Positions 26,570-34,702 of a stretch of 64,000 bases of DNA are shown here, piece after piece. Under the pieces are notes generated by a model that saw only the letters and a program-made list of their open reading frames with translations, made no database searches and had not been told where the DNA came from. Each line of letters opens with the position of its first letter. Position 1 is the stretch's first letter. The stretch comes from a virus. The position numbers and the translations under genes were made by a program. The DNA is taken from IMG/VR virus record IMGVR_UViG_3300049137_000157, positions 32,001 through 96,000 of that record. One strand, 5' to 3'.

Positions 26570-26925
26570 GAACGAGGGGATGCCAACCCCTCGCAGGGCA
26601 CAGACCCGCGAGCACTGGAGCCAACCAGAACTCGCGGGGACCCGCCTTCTTCCGCTTCAGTCGGTCTATCCCCCACTGAATCGGAGCATCTCGCAGTCTG
26701 CCGCCAGGAGTCAGGCGGGCAGCGGGGCGGCGACCGCACGTGATGCGCACCCGACGGCCAATCGGGTAGGCGGGCTCGCGACCCGCGTCGTCGACTGGTA
26801 CCGCCTTGCGTCGAGGGGAAGCTGGACACTTCACAAGGGACGACGCGGGGCGGTACTTCTTAGCTGGGCGGCGGCTGCCGCTCTCGTGACCTCCGGACGG
26901 GACGCGAGAAGCAGCCGCCGCCCTT
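26570..26925 (+). ncRNA. candidate structured ncRNA or long leader with three GCCAA-loop hairpins
   Basis: at least 7 stems seen by eye; starts just after a strong promoter; no credible ORF. Confidence 0.5.
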
Positions 26926-26960
26926 CCGTATCCGGAAAGGCAAAAGGAAGAGGTATCAGC

Positions 26961-27200
26961 GTGGCTAAGCGTGGCGGAAACGGTGGCAGGGTCGGCCGAG
27001 AGCCCGGACCGCAGGGCGGTCGCGTCAACTACAGCAGCCCCGGCCGAGCGGGCACCGCAGCGGTCTCCCCGCACGGCCCCTGCAACGGCTCCGGAGTGAT
27101 CGAGACCGTCCAGCCCGAGACCGGGAACGTTTCCTCGCAGGACTGCGAGCCGTGCCGGGGTAGCGGCCGGACCTTCTGGGGCAAGAAGAACGGCGCGTGA
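26961..27200 (+). CDS. small protein with DnaJ-type zinc motif (79 aa)
   Basis: strong RBS; PCNGSG...CEPCRGSG. Confidence 0.65.
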   Translation: MAKRGGNGGRVGREPGPQGGRVNYSSPGRAGTAAVSPHGPCNGSGVIETVQPETGNVSSQDCEPCRGSGRTFWGKKNGA

Positions 27201-27390
27201 GGATCGGATAACAGCAAGATCCGCCACTTGCTCTCCAGGGCCAAGCCGACGGATCCGAGATCCTGAATAGCCAGTGAAGTCGGTGGTATTGCTTGCAGCA
27301 TCACAGGGCCCCTCTTCGGAGGGGCCTTTTGCTCTTGTCCGAAATCGGTACGATCACCGTACTGTCCCGTGGGGAATAAGGGGATCCGAC

Positions 27391-27759
27391 GTGCCGGAGC
27401 AGGTAGAGATCGGTGGCGAAATCCTCCGTCCGGGTGATGAGGTTCTCGTCTGTGGTGGTCCGTTCGGCAAGCCTCAGCGGCGGGCCCGGGTCGCAGGGAT
27501 TGGGACCCGGCGAATCATCCTGAACGAGGGTGGAACCGAGACGGCGTACAGCCTGGAGACCCGTTCCACCGGGGGGAACTACCGGAACCGACGGACCTTC
27601 CGCACCCTCACGGAGCAGGCTGGAATCGACGAACGAGAAGACCTGAAACGTCAGCTCTTCGATCTAGGTTTCATGGAAACCAGCATTGGCAGACTGAACG
27701 TTTATTCAACATGTACGCTGCATCAGATCGTGGAGATTCTGAAGGAGAACGCAGCGTGA
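27391..27759 (+). CDS. hypothetical beta-rich phage-like protein (122 aa)
   Basis: GTG after AAGGGA; EILRPGDEVLV SH3/KOW-like start. Confidence 0.65.
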   Translation: MPEQVEIGGEILRPGDEVLVCGGPFGKPQRRARVAGIGTRRIILNEGGTETAYSLETRSTGGNYRNRRTFRTLTEQAGIDEREDLKRQLFDLGFMETSIGRLNVYSTCTLHQIVEILKENAA

Positions 27760-28079
27760 TCGAGCTGAAGAAGTGGCACATCCAGTGCACCGACGAGGCC
27801 CGCAAGGCGATCCAGAACCTCTCCCCGGAAACCAGGGAGAAGCTGCACGAACAGCTCGACTTCCTCTCCGGCCGTCCGTACGAACACGGAGTTCCCACCT
27901 GGAACCTGAAGGAGCGGCGACTCCTGATGGAGGAGGGCGGGGTCGGCATGACGGTGTGGGTTTCCGACGAAGTGCAGACTCTGACGGTCGCGCACATACA
28001 CCCTGCCGTCGCAGACGAGGTGAAGTCCGGCGAGCCGGAAGCGGAGGGCGTTCTCCAGGAGGAACTCGAAGCCGCCTGA
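27756..28079 (+). CDS. RelE/ParE-fold-like protein (107 aa)
   Basis: WHIQCTDEARKAIQNLSPETREKL...RPYE...MTVWVSDEVQTLTVAHI. Confidence 0.55.
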   Translation: MIELKKWHIQCTDEARKAIQNLSPETREKLHEQLDFLSGRPYEHGVPTWNLKERRLLMEEGGVGMTVWVSDEVQTLTVAHIHPAVADEVKSGEPEAEGVLQEELEAA

Positions 28080-28141
28080 TTTCGTCAACTTCCCAAACCT
28101 TTCGGGGGGTTGGGTCGATCGAGTCTCTCTCGTGATAGACT

Positions 28142-28151
28142 GGCCTAGGCC
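28142..28151. promoter_or_regulatory. GGCCTAGGCC operator candidate
   Basis: exact palindrome immediately after a TAGACT -10-like box. Confidence 0.65.
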
Positions 28152-28164
28152 GAAAGGGGGAAAG

Positions 28165-28455
28165 ATGCAGGAGTACCACGACGCTCATCGCGTCGCCCGG
28201 CACCTGGGGGTTCCTCGGGGAGACGTCGTCAAGTGGGCGCACAACCCGCTCGACGGATTCCCGATGCCGGACGGATGGCTGCACGCCGGAACGTCCGTCA
28301 ACCCCACCCCCATCTGGCGCGAGAGCAAGCTGCGCGAACTGCGTTCCTGGCTCGCCTCTCGTCTCGAAGTCGCCGACCCGGACATCTACTGGGCCAAGGT
28401 CGACGAACTGGGTGCCCCGAAGGTGCCCGACGGCCAGATGGAGATGCTCTTCTGA
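28165..28455 (+). CDS. AlpA/excisionase-like HTH protein (96 aa)
   Basis: DAHRVARHLGVPRGDVVKW...FPMPD...PIWRES. Confidence 0.6.
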   Translation: MQEYHDAHRVARHLGVPRGDVVKWAHNPLDGFPMPDGWLHAGTSVNPTPIWRESKLRELRSWLASRLEVADPDIYWAKVDELGAPKVPDGQMEMLF

Positions 28456-28510
28456 CGACAGCAGCCGTCGCTCCACGAGAGAGCGCCGGTCTCGGAAAGG
28501 AAAAGATCAC

Positions 28511-28765
28511 GTGAACCCGGATGAGAAGAACGAGTTCATCGACTCCCACCTTGTCGCCCACGATCTGACGGTCGTGGCAACCTCCGTCGTCGCGGGCGGG
28601 GTCGGAACCCTGGTCGGCGGGTCCGCCGAGGGGCTTCTCGGCGCGGGCGTCGCCCTCGCGGTAGGAGTCACGGCGCTTTCCGTCAGCCCGATGCGCCGGG
28701 GGATCAACCGGCTGGCCCTCAAGGCCGTCGAGGCGAGTTCGCCGCACACCCGCCCGCAGGACTGA
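28511..28765 (+). CDS. small membrane protein (84 aa)
   Basis: CGGAAAGGAAAAG RBS; Gly/Val-rich hydrophobic segments. Confidence 0.7.
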   Translation: MNPDEKNEFIDSHLVAHDLTVVATSVVAGGVGTLVGGSAEGLLGAGVALAVGVTALSVSPMRRGINRLALKAVEASSPHTRPQD

Positions 28766-28780
28766 ACGACAGGAACCGGC

Positions 28781-29053
28781 ATGACCTGGGAAGACCTGGC
28801 CCTTGAAGTCGAACTGACCTACCGCGACCCCGCCAATCCGGAACGTGTGTTCCGGGATGTGTGGTACGAACGCGGCTACCTCGGTCAAGCCTTCACGGGT
28901 TGGGTCTTCTCCTACATGGACCGGACTTTCATGGTCCGTTACCGCTGGATCGATTCCAACGGTCTGCACAGCCCCCGCTCCTATTGGAGCCGCAGTCGAG
29001 CGAGGAAGGCGCTCCAGAAGTGGAGCATCCATCAAGAACTCCCCGCCCTGTGA
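28781..29053 (+). CDS. hypothetical protein (90 aa)
   Basis: aromatic-rich ORF in a coupled run. Confidence 0.7.
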   Translation: MTWEDLALEVELTYRDPANPERVFRDVWYERGYLGQAFTGWVFSYMDRTFMVRYRWIDSNGLHSPRSYWSRSRARKALQKWSIHQELPAL

Positions 29054-29073
29054 TCTCGGAAAGGACCAGCAAC

Positions 29074-29358
29074 GTGGCGAAGTACGAGGACGACGCGATA
29101 GCCGTCCACCCGACTGCCCGGGATTTCCGGCCTGTGGAGGTCGGCCTTGCGGCCAAGAAAGTGCTCGGCTGGACGTACTCGACCCGTCAGGACAACGGCG
29201 ACGGTATCCCCTTGAGTGCATTCCCTCAGGGGTTCGGATGGGTCACCGTCCAAGGCGACGTCTCGCGGGACGTGGCCGCATCGCGGAGGGACGCCATCCG
29301 CAACATGCGGGCCTTCCTTCGGACCCCGCTCACCCTGCGGAAGGGATCAGGAACGTGA
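29074..29358 (+). CDS. hypothetical protein (94 aa)
   Basis: CGGAAAGGA RBS before GTG. Confidence 0.7.
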   Translation: MAKYEDDAIAVHPTARDFRPVEVGLAAKKVLGWTYSTRQDNGDGIPLSAFPQGFGWVTVQGDVSRDVAASRRDAIRNMRAFLRTPLTLRKGSGT

Positions 29359-29546
29359 CCGCTCCGACCGAGAAGCGTTGCCAGGGCGTTCCGCACGGCC
29401 CCGACGACCCATGTACCTGCACCGGCTGCTGGGCCTGCCCCGGTAACGAGGTCGGCTGCACCTGTGACATCGACTGGGGGTGTGTGTACGGGCGTTGCTC
29501 CTGCCCGACTCCCCCCGTTAGCCCGGAAGGAACCGCATGCCTCTGA
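29355..29546 (+). CDS. Cys-rich microprotein (63 aa, 11 Cys), metallothionein-like
   Basis: CTCTGCWAC...CTC...CSC; GTG overlaps the upstream stop. Confidence 0.6.
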   Translation: MTAPTEKRCQGVPHGPDDPCTCTGCWACPGNEVGCTCDIDWGCVYGRCSCPTPPVSPEGTACL

Positions 29547-29779
29547 CGTTCGGCAAGCTCAAGGCAGCCATCGCCCAGCTCGAAAAGATCGACGTGTCCG
29601 ACGAGACCCTGGTCGTCATGGCCAAGCGGTCCGAAAGCGGCGACGCCTCACCCCTCGACGAGGTCGACCTCGGAGTCTACGAGGCGGAGAACGACTGGTC
29701 GGGTGAACTGACCGGCGACGACGGCAAGCCGCTCGGTCCGGGCGAAGTGCAGGTCATCGCCCTCTGGCCGGTCAACTGA
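29537..29779 (+). CDS. hypothetical acidic protein (80 aa)
   Basis: GGAAGGA RBS; GC3-rich. Confidence 0.75.
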   Translation: MPLTFGKLKAAIAQLEKIDVSDETLVVMAKRSESGDASPLDEVDLGVYEAENDWSGELTGDDGKPLGPGEVQVIALWPVN

Positions 29780-29797
29780 CAGGAAAGGAGAAGAAAC

Positions 29798-30199
29798 GTG
29801 GGTGACTACCTCGAAGCCATGAGGCACTTCATGGCGGCCAACGGCACACCAGTCGAGATCAACAAGGAGGAGCGGGCGAAGCGTCCGGATTTCCCCGAGT
29901 CGTGGATCGGTCAGTTCTCGTGGCAGGACTTCAACGCCACCCGGCACATCGAGAGTTCCGAGTGCAGGTGGGAGGTGCCGAAAGGGGCTGTCCTCCACGA
30001 GGTCACCTACACCACCTTCGGCGACACGTACAACGACGACATCACGGTAGGGATCAACGCCAACTCCACCCCCGAAGCGGACATCCACTGCACCTGTGGC
30101 CAATACACCGACATGACCCTGCGGTGGAACGGCACCATGAAAGACGCCCTCTGGTCCCTTCTGGGATTCCCGCCCAGTCAGACCGAATGGACTCTCTGA
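29798..30199 (+). CDS. hypothetical protein (133 aa)
   Basis: GGAAAGGAGAAG RBS. Confidence 0.78.
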   Translation: MGDYLEAMRHFMAANGTPVEINKEERAKRPDFPESWIGQFSWQDFNATRHIESSECRWEVPKGAVLHEVTYTTFGDTYNDDITVGINANSTPEADIHCTCGQYTDMTLRWNGTMKDALWSLLGFPPSQTEWTL

Positions 30200-30209
30200 A
30201 AGGACCGAC

Positions 30210-30479
30210 ATGCTGACACATGGCGAAGTCGACTTCCCGCACGAGGAACTGCTCCAGGGCGAGTACCCGGGCTCCGGCAACGTGATCACTGTCTTCGAGA
30301 GCCTCACGGGGCGAGGCGCGCTCCTCCCGCTCGGCTGGGTCTTCCAGACCTTCGACGGCAAGCACGGATGGATCTCCGTCGAGGGTGTCGTCTGCTTCGG
30401 TTTGGAGGAGACCTCCCAGCAGGCCCGTGCCGCCCTCCGCGACTTCGTGGACGGAGGTGCCCTGCCGTGGAGCGCCTGA
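30210..30479 (+). CDS. hypothetical protein (89 aa)
   Basis: AAAGGA RBS. Confidence 0.7.
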   Translation: MLTHGEVDFPHEELLQGEYPGSGNVITVFESLTGRGALLPLGWVFQTFDGKHGWISVEGVVCFGLEETSQQARAALRDFVDGGALPWSA

Positions 30480-32026
30480 CTCTGCGGGACTACCAGGTGG
30501 ACGCTGTGCGGATCCTGAAAGATGGGGGCATCAACGCCTCCGGTCTCGGCGCGGGGAAGACCCTGATGTCCGTCATGGCAGCCGCCACGCTGAAACTCGG
30601 CAGGAAGCCTCGCATACTCGTCATCTGCCCGCCCACGGTGACCGGGCAGTGGAAGGGAACCTTCGAGCTTCAGTTCCCGAGCCTCCGTGACGGGGGTGTA
30701 CGCATCCTCGGCACCCACCGGAAGGACCTGGAGGGCTGGGCCGAGCTGACCGCCCGGAAGAAGACGAACGGGGTCTACATCATCGGCTGGAACGCCATGT
30801 ACGGCGGCGTACCGGACGGCGTACGCCGGGATGCCTCCCGGGGACAGAACGCCCAGCGCAAGAACCCGAAGGTGACGCAGGCGTCCGTGAAGCTGGCCAT
30901 CAAGCAGGGCACGGTCCCCCCGTGGACGCGCGCCGGAACGTTCGACCTCGTGATCATCGACGAGGCGCACCGGGCACTGAACACGAGCGGAGTCCCCTGG
31001 AACGTCCTGAAGGTCATCAAAGCGGACCGAAAGCTGGCACTCTCGGGGACCCCGGCAGGATCCAAGCCGGAGAACCTGTGGGGGCTGCTGAACTTGGTCT
31101 GGCCAAGGGAGTACTCCAACCGGTGGGACTGGATCAACAGGTACTTCCACGTGACGCAGGATCAGGTCTCCGACACGAGGACAATCACGGTCATCGGCGA
31201 GGAGATCATTCCGGGAAAACTCTGGGATGACATCCCGGCGGTGGTCCGGGTGAAGACCGAGGACGTCGTCGACATGCCGCCGGTCATCGACCGGCAGTGC
31301 GTCATCCCGATGGCCCCCGAGCAGGCTCGCCAGTACCGCGAATTCGAAGAGCAGTGCCTGGCGTGGCTCGGAGACCAGCCGGTGGGCGTGTCCCTCGACA
31401 TCGAGAAGCGCAGCAGGCTCCGTCAAATCGCACTCGGCACGGCCCTGGGGGCCGGGTACAAGCTGGTCGACCGCAAGATCATGGGAATCGATCCGGAAAC
31501 TGGAATCATCTCGGCCCGAAAAGAAAAGGTCGAGGTCCCGGACGTCCAGTACGACCCGGACGCCGAGCAGCCGAAGATCGACGCTATCAAGGAGATCCTT
31601 GCCGATCTCCCGGACGGCGAGCCCTTGCTGGTCTGGACAAACTCCGCCACCTGGGCCCGAATGGCGGCCGAGAAGCTGGGTTCCAAGGCCGTCTCCTGGT
31701 CGATGAAAACGACCAAGGCCCGTCGAGAGAAGATCAAGGCCACGTTCGGCAGGGAGGGCGGCCCGCGCATCCTCGTTGCCCAGCTTCAGTCCCTGGCGGA
31801 AGGCGTCGACTGGCTCAAGGACGTCTGCCGCTGCGAGGTCATCGCCTCGCAGACGGAGGATCCAGTGATCAACGAACAGGCCGAAGGACGTCTGTACCGG
31901 CCAGGACAGAAGCACTCCGTCCAGCGTTGGCGTCTGATCTCGGAAGACACGATTGACGACGAGGTGCACCAGAAGGACATCGAGAAGCGGGTCCGTCTCG
32001 CCAAGACGTACAAGGACGCGGCATGA
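30467..32026 (+). CDS. SNF2-like SF2 helicase/ATPase (519 aa)
   Basis: LRDYQ, GLGAGKT, IIDEAH, ALSGTP, EGVD, QAEGRLYRPGQ. Confidence 0.9.
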   Translation: MERLTLRDYQVDAVRILKDGGINASGLGAGKTLMSVMAAATLKLGRKPRILVICPPTVTGQWKGTFELQFPSLRDGGVRILGTHRKDLEGWAELTARKKTNGVYIIGWNAMYGGVPDGVRRDASRGQNAQRKNPKVTQASVKLAIKQGTVPPWTRAGTFDLVIIDEAHRALNTSGVPWNVLKVIKADRKLALSGTPAGSKPENLWGLLNLVWPREYSNRWDWINRYFHVTQDQVSDTRTITVIGEEIIPGKLWDDIPAVVRVKTEDVVDMPPVIDRQCVIPMAPEQARQYREFEEQCLAWLGDQPVGVSLDIEKRSRLRQIALGTALGAGYKLVDRKIMGIDPETGIISARKEKVEVPDVQYDPDAEQPKIDAIKEILADLPDGEPLLVWTNSATWARMAAEKLGSKAVSWSMKTTKARREKIKATFGREGGPRILVAQLQSLAEGVDWLKDVCRCEVIASQTEDPVINEQAEGRLYRPGQKHSVQRWRLISEDTIDDEVHQKDIEKRVRLAKTYKDAA

Positions 32027-32322
32027 ACAAGTCCTGGGAAAATTGCACGGACTGCGCGGATCCTCTGCGGCGTCCTTGCGACGCACACTGGGGCCAGTGG
32101 TGCGAACACGGACATCGGTTGATCGAGCCGGTACAGGTTGAGCACATCTGCGAGACGGGCGGACGTGACTGTCCCGGCTGCTACCCGGAAGGTCGCTTTG
32201 TCGACCCGTGGCCCTGCGGCACCTGCACTCGGGAAGACCTGGAGGCCGAGCAGAAACGGATGGAAGAGGAGTACTGGGAAGAGATGTGGAACGAGTACGC
32301 CCGGATCACCTACTACGCCTAG
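32023..32322 (+). CDS. Cys-rich hypothetical protein (99 aa)
   Basis: 4-bp overlap; several CxxC motifs. Confidence 0.7.
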   Translation: MNKSWENCTDCADPLRRPCDAHWGQWCEHGHRLIEPVQVEHICETGGRDCPGCYPEGRFVDPWPCGTCTREDLEAEQKRMEEEYWEEMWNEYARITYYA

Positions 32323-32345
32323 CTCTCGTCCGGCTGCTCGGATCC

Positions 32346-32361
32346 TGTATCGCGCGATACA
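32346..32361. repeat. 16-bp palindrome TGTATCGCGCGATACA, copy 1 (parS-like)
   Basis: perfect palindrome; identical copies at 34667 and 36061. Confidence 0.8.
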
Positions 32362-32399
32362 ACTTCGGAGGTCGTCTTGCGTGACGGACGGCCTCCGAA

Positions 32400-32639
32400 G
32401 TGGGGGGTGAAGTGGAGTCATCACGGCAGATTCGTTGGGTGGCAGACGGGCCGGGCTCGTTCCTCCGGCCGACCGGCGTAACGACAGTACGCGACCGGCA
32501 GGGAATCATCTGGCGTCTGAACCCCAGCTTGAAGACGAGATGGAACAAGGACGGCAGCAACTGGATCCGGTGGCGGGTCCTCGTCGAGAACCACGGTCCG
32601 CTGGTCCTGCACCAAGACTCGGAAGGAGAAGAAGCGTGA
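32400..32639 (+). CDS. hypothetical protein (~79 aa)
   Basis: stop overlaps the DUF4031 start; start uncertain. Confidence 0.55.
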   Translation: MGGEVESSRQIRWVADGPGSFLRPTGVTTVRDRQGIIWRLNPSLKTRWNKDGSNWIRWRVLVENHGPLVLHQDSEGEEA

Positions 32640-32926
32640 CCGTCTATGTGGACGAGATTAAGGACTACGGCGTGATCGCCCGCGCCAAGGGCCTTCGGTA
32701 CACGCACTGGAGTCACCTGCTCGCGGACACCGAGGAAGAATTGCACGCTTTCGCCATGCGTCTTGGCCTGCGCCGAAGCTGGTTCCAGAACCCGAGCAAC
32801 TATCGGTGGCACTACGACGTGGTGCCGACGAAGCGGGCGCAGGCCATCGAAATGGGTGCGGTCGAGATCGACCGACAGCAAGTGGCGGAGCTGATGGCCC
32901 GGCGTCGGGCCGCCGCCAGTACATAG
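32636..32926 (+). CDS. DUF4031 family protein (96 aa)
   Basis: TVYVD...WSHLLADTEEELHAFAMRLGLRRSWFQ...HYDV...RAQAIEMGA. Confidence 0.88.
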   Translation: MTVYVDEIKDYGVIARAKGLRYTHWSHLLADTEEELHAFAMRLGLRRSWFQNPSNYRWHYDVVPTKRAQAIEMGAVEIDRQQVAELMARRRAAAST

Positions 32927-32951
32927 AACTCTCGGAAAGGAAAAGATCAAG

Positions 32952-33488
32952 ATGAACAAAGTGACCCAGATGACCCTTCGCGACGTCGAGCGGATCGCCC
33001 GTGAGGCGCACACCGATGTGGACAAGATCGGGGTGCCGTACTTCAACCACGTCCGGGCCGTGGCCGATGGCCTCGAACCCCTCGGCGTCGAACTGGAGAT
33101 GGCAGGACTCCTGCACGACATCATCGAAGACACGCCCTGGACCGCACAGGCGCTGAAGGATGCGGGCGTCCCGGTCTCGGTGGTGGACATCGTCGAGTCG
33201 GTGACCAATACCCCCGGCCAGCGCTACCTGGAGAAGATCGAAGCGATCACCCGGCACCCGGACGGCCTCCTGGTGAAGATCTCCGACAACGCACACAACA
33301 GCCGTCAGGACCGACTCGACAAGCTGCCCGAGGACACGCGACGACGGCTCATCCAGAAGTACGAGAAGACTCGCCGGATCCTGTGGACGGCGGCCCGTCC
33401 GGACGACGTCCGCACCATCGTCAACATCGTGAACCCGGCGCTCTTGCAGACGGAGAGGCACCTCCTCTCCCGGGGCGAGGTGACGTGA
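32952..33488 (+). CDS. HD-domain small alarmone ((p)ppGpp) hydrolase-like protein (178 aa)
   Basis: AREAH...DKIGVPYFNHV...AGLLHDIIEDT...VKISDNAHN. Confidence 0.85.
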   Translation: MNKVTQMTLRDVERIAREAHTDVDKIGVPYFNHVRAVADGLEPLGVELEMAGLLHDIIEDTPWTAQALKDAGVPVSVVDIVESVTNTPGQRYLEKIEAITRHPDGLLVKISDNAHNSRQDRLDKLPEDTRRRLIQKYEKTRRILWTAARPDDVRTIVNIVNPALLQTERHLLSRGEVT

Positions 33489-34192
33489 ACGTGGGCATCC
33501 GCGTGCACAAGATCCTGGGTTACGGCCTCACCGATGTGACCCACACGGACTGGGACATCGCCGACCCCCGGATCAACCCGGACAGCTTTTGGGTGACCCG
33601 TTCCGAACCCGAGACGACCTACTTCGAGTTCCTCACGGAGAAGCTCTCGAAGGTCGAGGGTGATCGTGACTTCGCGCTGGAACTGGAGCTGCATTTCCAC
33701 CGGGACCAGGAAGAGGACGGCACCGACTCTTTCACGTGGAAGAACGCGGAGACTGGACTTCCGAACGTGTTGATCGTTCGGCCGATCGGTCATCCCAGGT
33801 GGTACCGGTTCGACGATCCCCTGGACTACGAAGAGGAGTACCTCCGGGGATCTTCCATGGTGCACCGGGTCGACCTCCTGGAGTCCGGGCCGCACCCGTA
33901 CGAGGGTCTCTACATGGACGCCGAGACGGGTGAGAGACTGACGAACGACGGCGCGGTCATCTCGTGGAGGCGTCTCCTACGCAAACTTCCCGAGGACGAC
34001 AGCGACAAGCGCATGCGCCTCCTGGACATGCTGGCCACGGCAATCGGCTACGAGAGTCACGACGAGGCCATGCGACGCGTGGTGCCCCTCGTGCCGGAGG
34101 AGGTCCGCCGCGTCTGCGAGTGGGCTGGATTGTTCACCAGTCCGACAGGGTGGAAAGACCTGAGGCCCATGCTGTACACGTACTGGGCCTGA
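33485..34192 (+). CDS. hypothetical protein (235 aa)
   Basis: GTG overlaps the upstream stop; GC3-rich. Confidence 0.8.
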   Translation: MNVGIRVHKILGYGLTDVTHTDWDIADPRINPDSFWVTRSEPETTYFEFLTEKLSKVEGDRDFALELELHFHRDQEEDGTDSFTWKNAETGLPNVLIVRPIGHPRWYRFDDPLDYEEEYLRGSSMVHRVDLLESGPHPYEGLYMDAETGERLTNDGAVISWRRLLRKLPEDDSDKRMRLLDMLATAIGYESHDEAMRRVVPLVPEEVRRVCEWAGLFTSPTGWKDLRPMLYTYWA

Positions 34193-34208
34193 CGGAAAGG
34201 AAAAGGGC

Positions 34209-34619
34209 ATGGGTGCCTACGACAGCAAGGTGGCCGGGAAACTCCACATCGAGCCACCGCTGAACGACCGGGAGATCCGAGCGCTGCACCTCGGAACCCA
34301 CCACAGCATCGTCCTCTCGGTGAAGACCCGGGAAGAGGAGCTGGACGACGGCCGTATGGTCGTCTCGCACACGGCCTCCCAGGTCCGTCCGATGCATCAG
34401 GGCTGGTCGAGCTTCTACACCCTGAAGGACGACACCACGGTTCTGGTCTCGCGGGTGACAGGATTCGGCAAGACGGTGTTCGGTCGGTTCATTCGGATGG
34501 GTATCGACTCCGGCGACATCGAGGTCATCTCCGTGAAGGACGGTCAGGTGACATCCGAGCAGGCGCAACTCGTCATCCCGTCCACGGGTGAGGTCATCGC
34601 GGCCTCCGACCTGCCGTGA
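34209..34619 (+). CDS. DUF6205-like actinophage protein (136 aa)
   Basis: YDSKVAGKLHIEPPLNDREI; paralogue at 40084; family name from memory. Confidence 0.55.
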   Translation: MGAYDSKVAGKLHIEPPLNDREIRALHLGTHHSIVLSVKTREEELDDGRMVVSHTASQVRPMHQGWSSFYTLKDDTTVLVSRVTGFGKTVFGRFIRMGIDSGDIEVISVKDGQVTSEQAQLVIPSTGEVIAASDLP

Positions 34620-34626
34620 CGACAGC

Positions 34627-34663
34627 CACCCAGGGGCGGGCACTCGAACCCGCCCCTGGGTGG
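34627..34663 (+). terminator. GC-rich hairpin preceding palindrome copy 2
   Basis: CCACCCAGGGGCGGG...CCCGCCCCTGGGTGG. Confidence 0.6.
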
Positions 34664-34666
34664 TGC

Positions 34667-34682
34667 TGTATCGCGCGATACA
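34667..34682. repeat. TGTATCGCGCGATACA copy 2
   Basis: identical palindrome, followed by ACTTCGG as in copy 1. Confidence 0.8.
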
Positions 34683-34702
34683 ACTTCGGAAAGGGAAAGA
34701 AC

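Noticed and set aside
26580-26960. N-terminal 127 codons of ORF 26580..27200
   Set aside because: Low-complexity R/A/G translation over stable hairpins; a strong RBS supports a start at 26961
28165-28455. Integrase/excisionase module and att site
   Set aside because: Only an AlpA-like HTH; no recombinase gene or att-like duplication was found in the window
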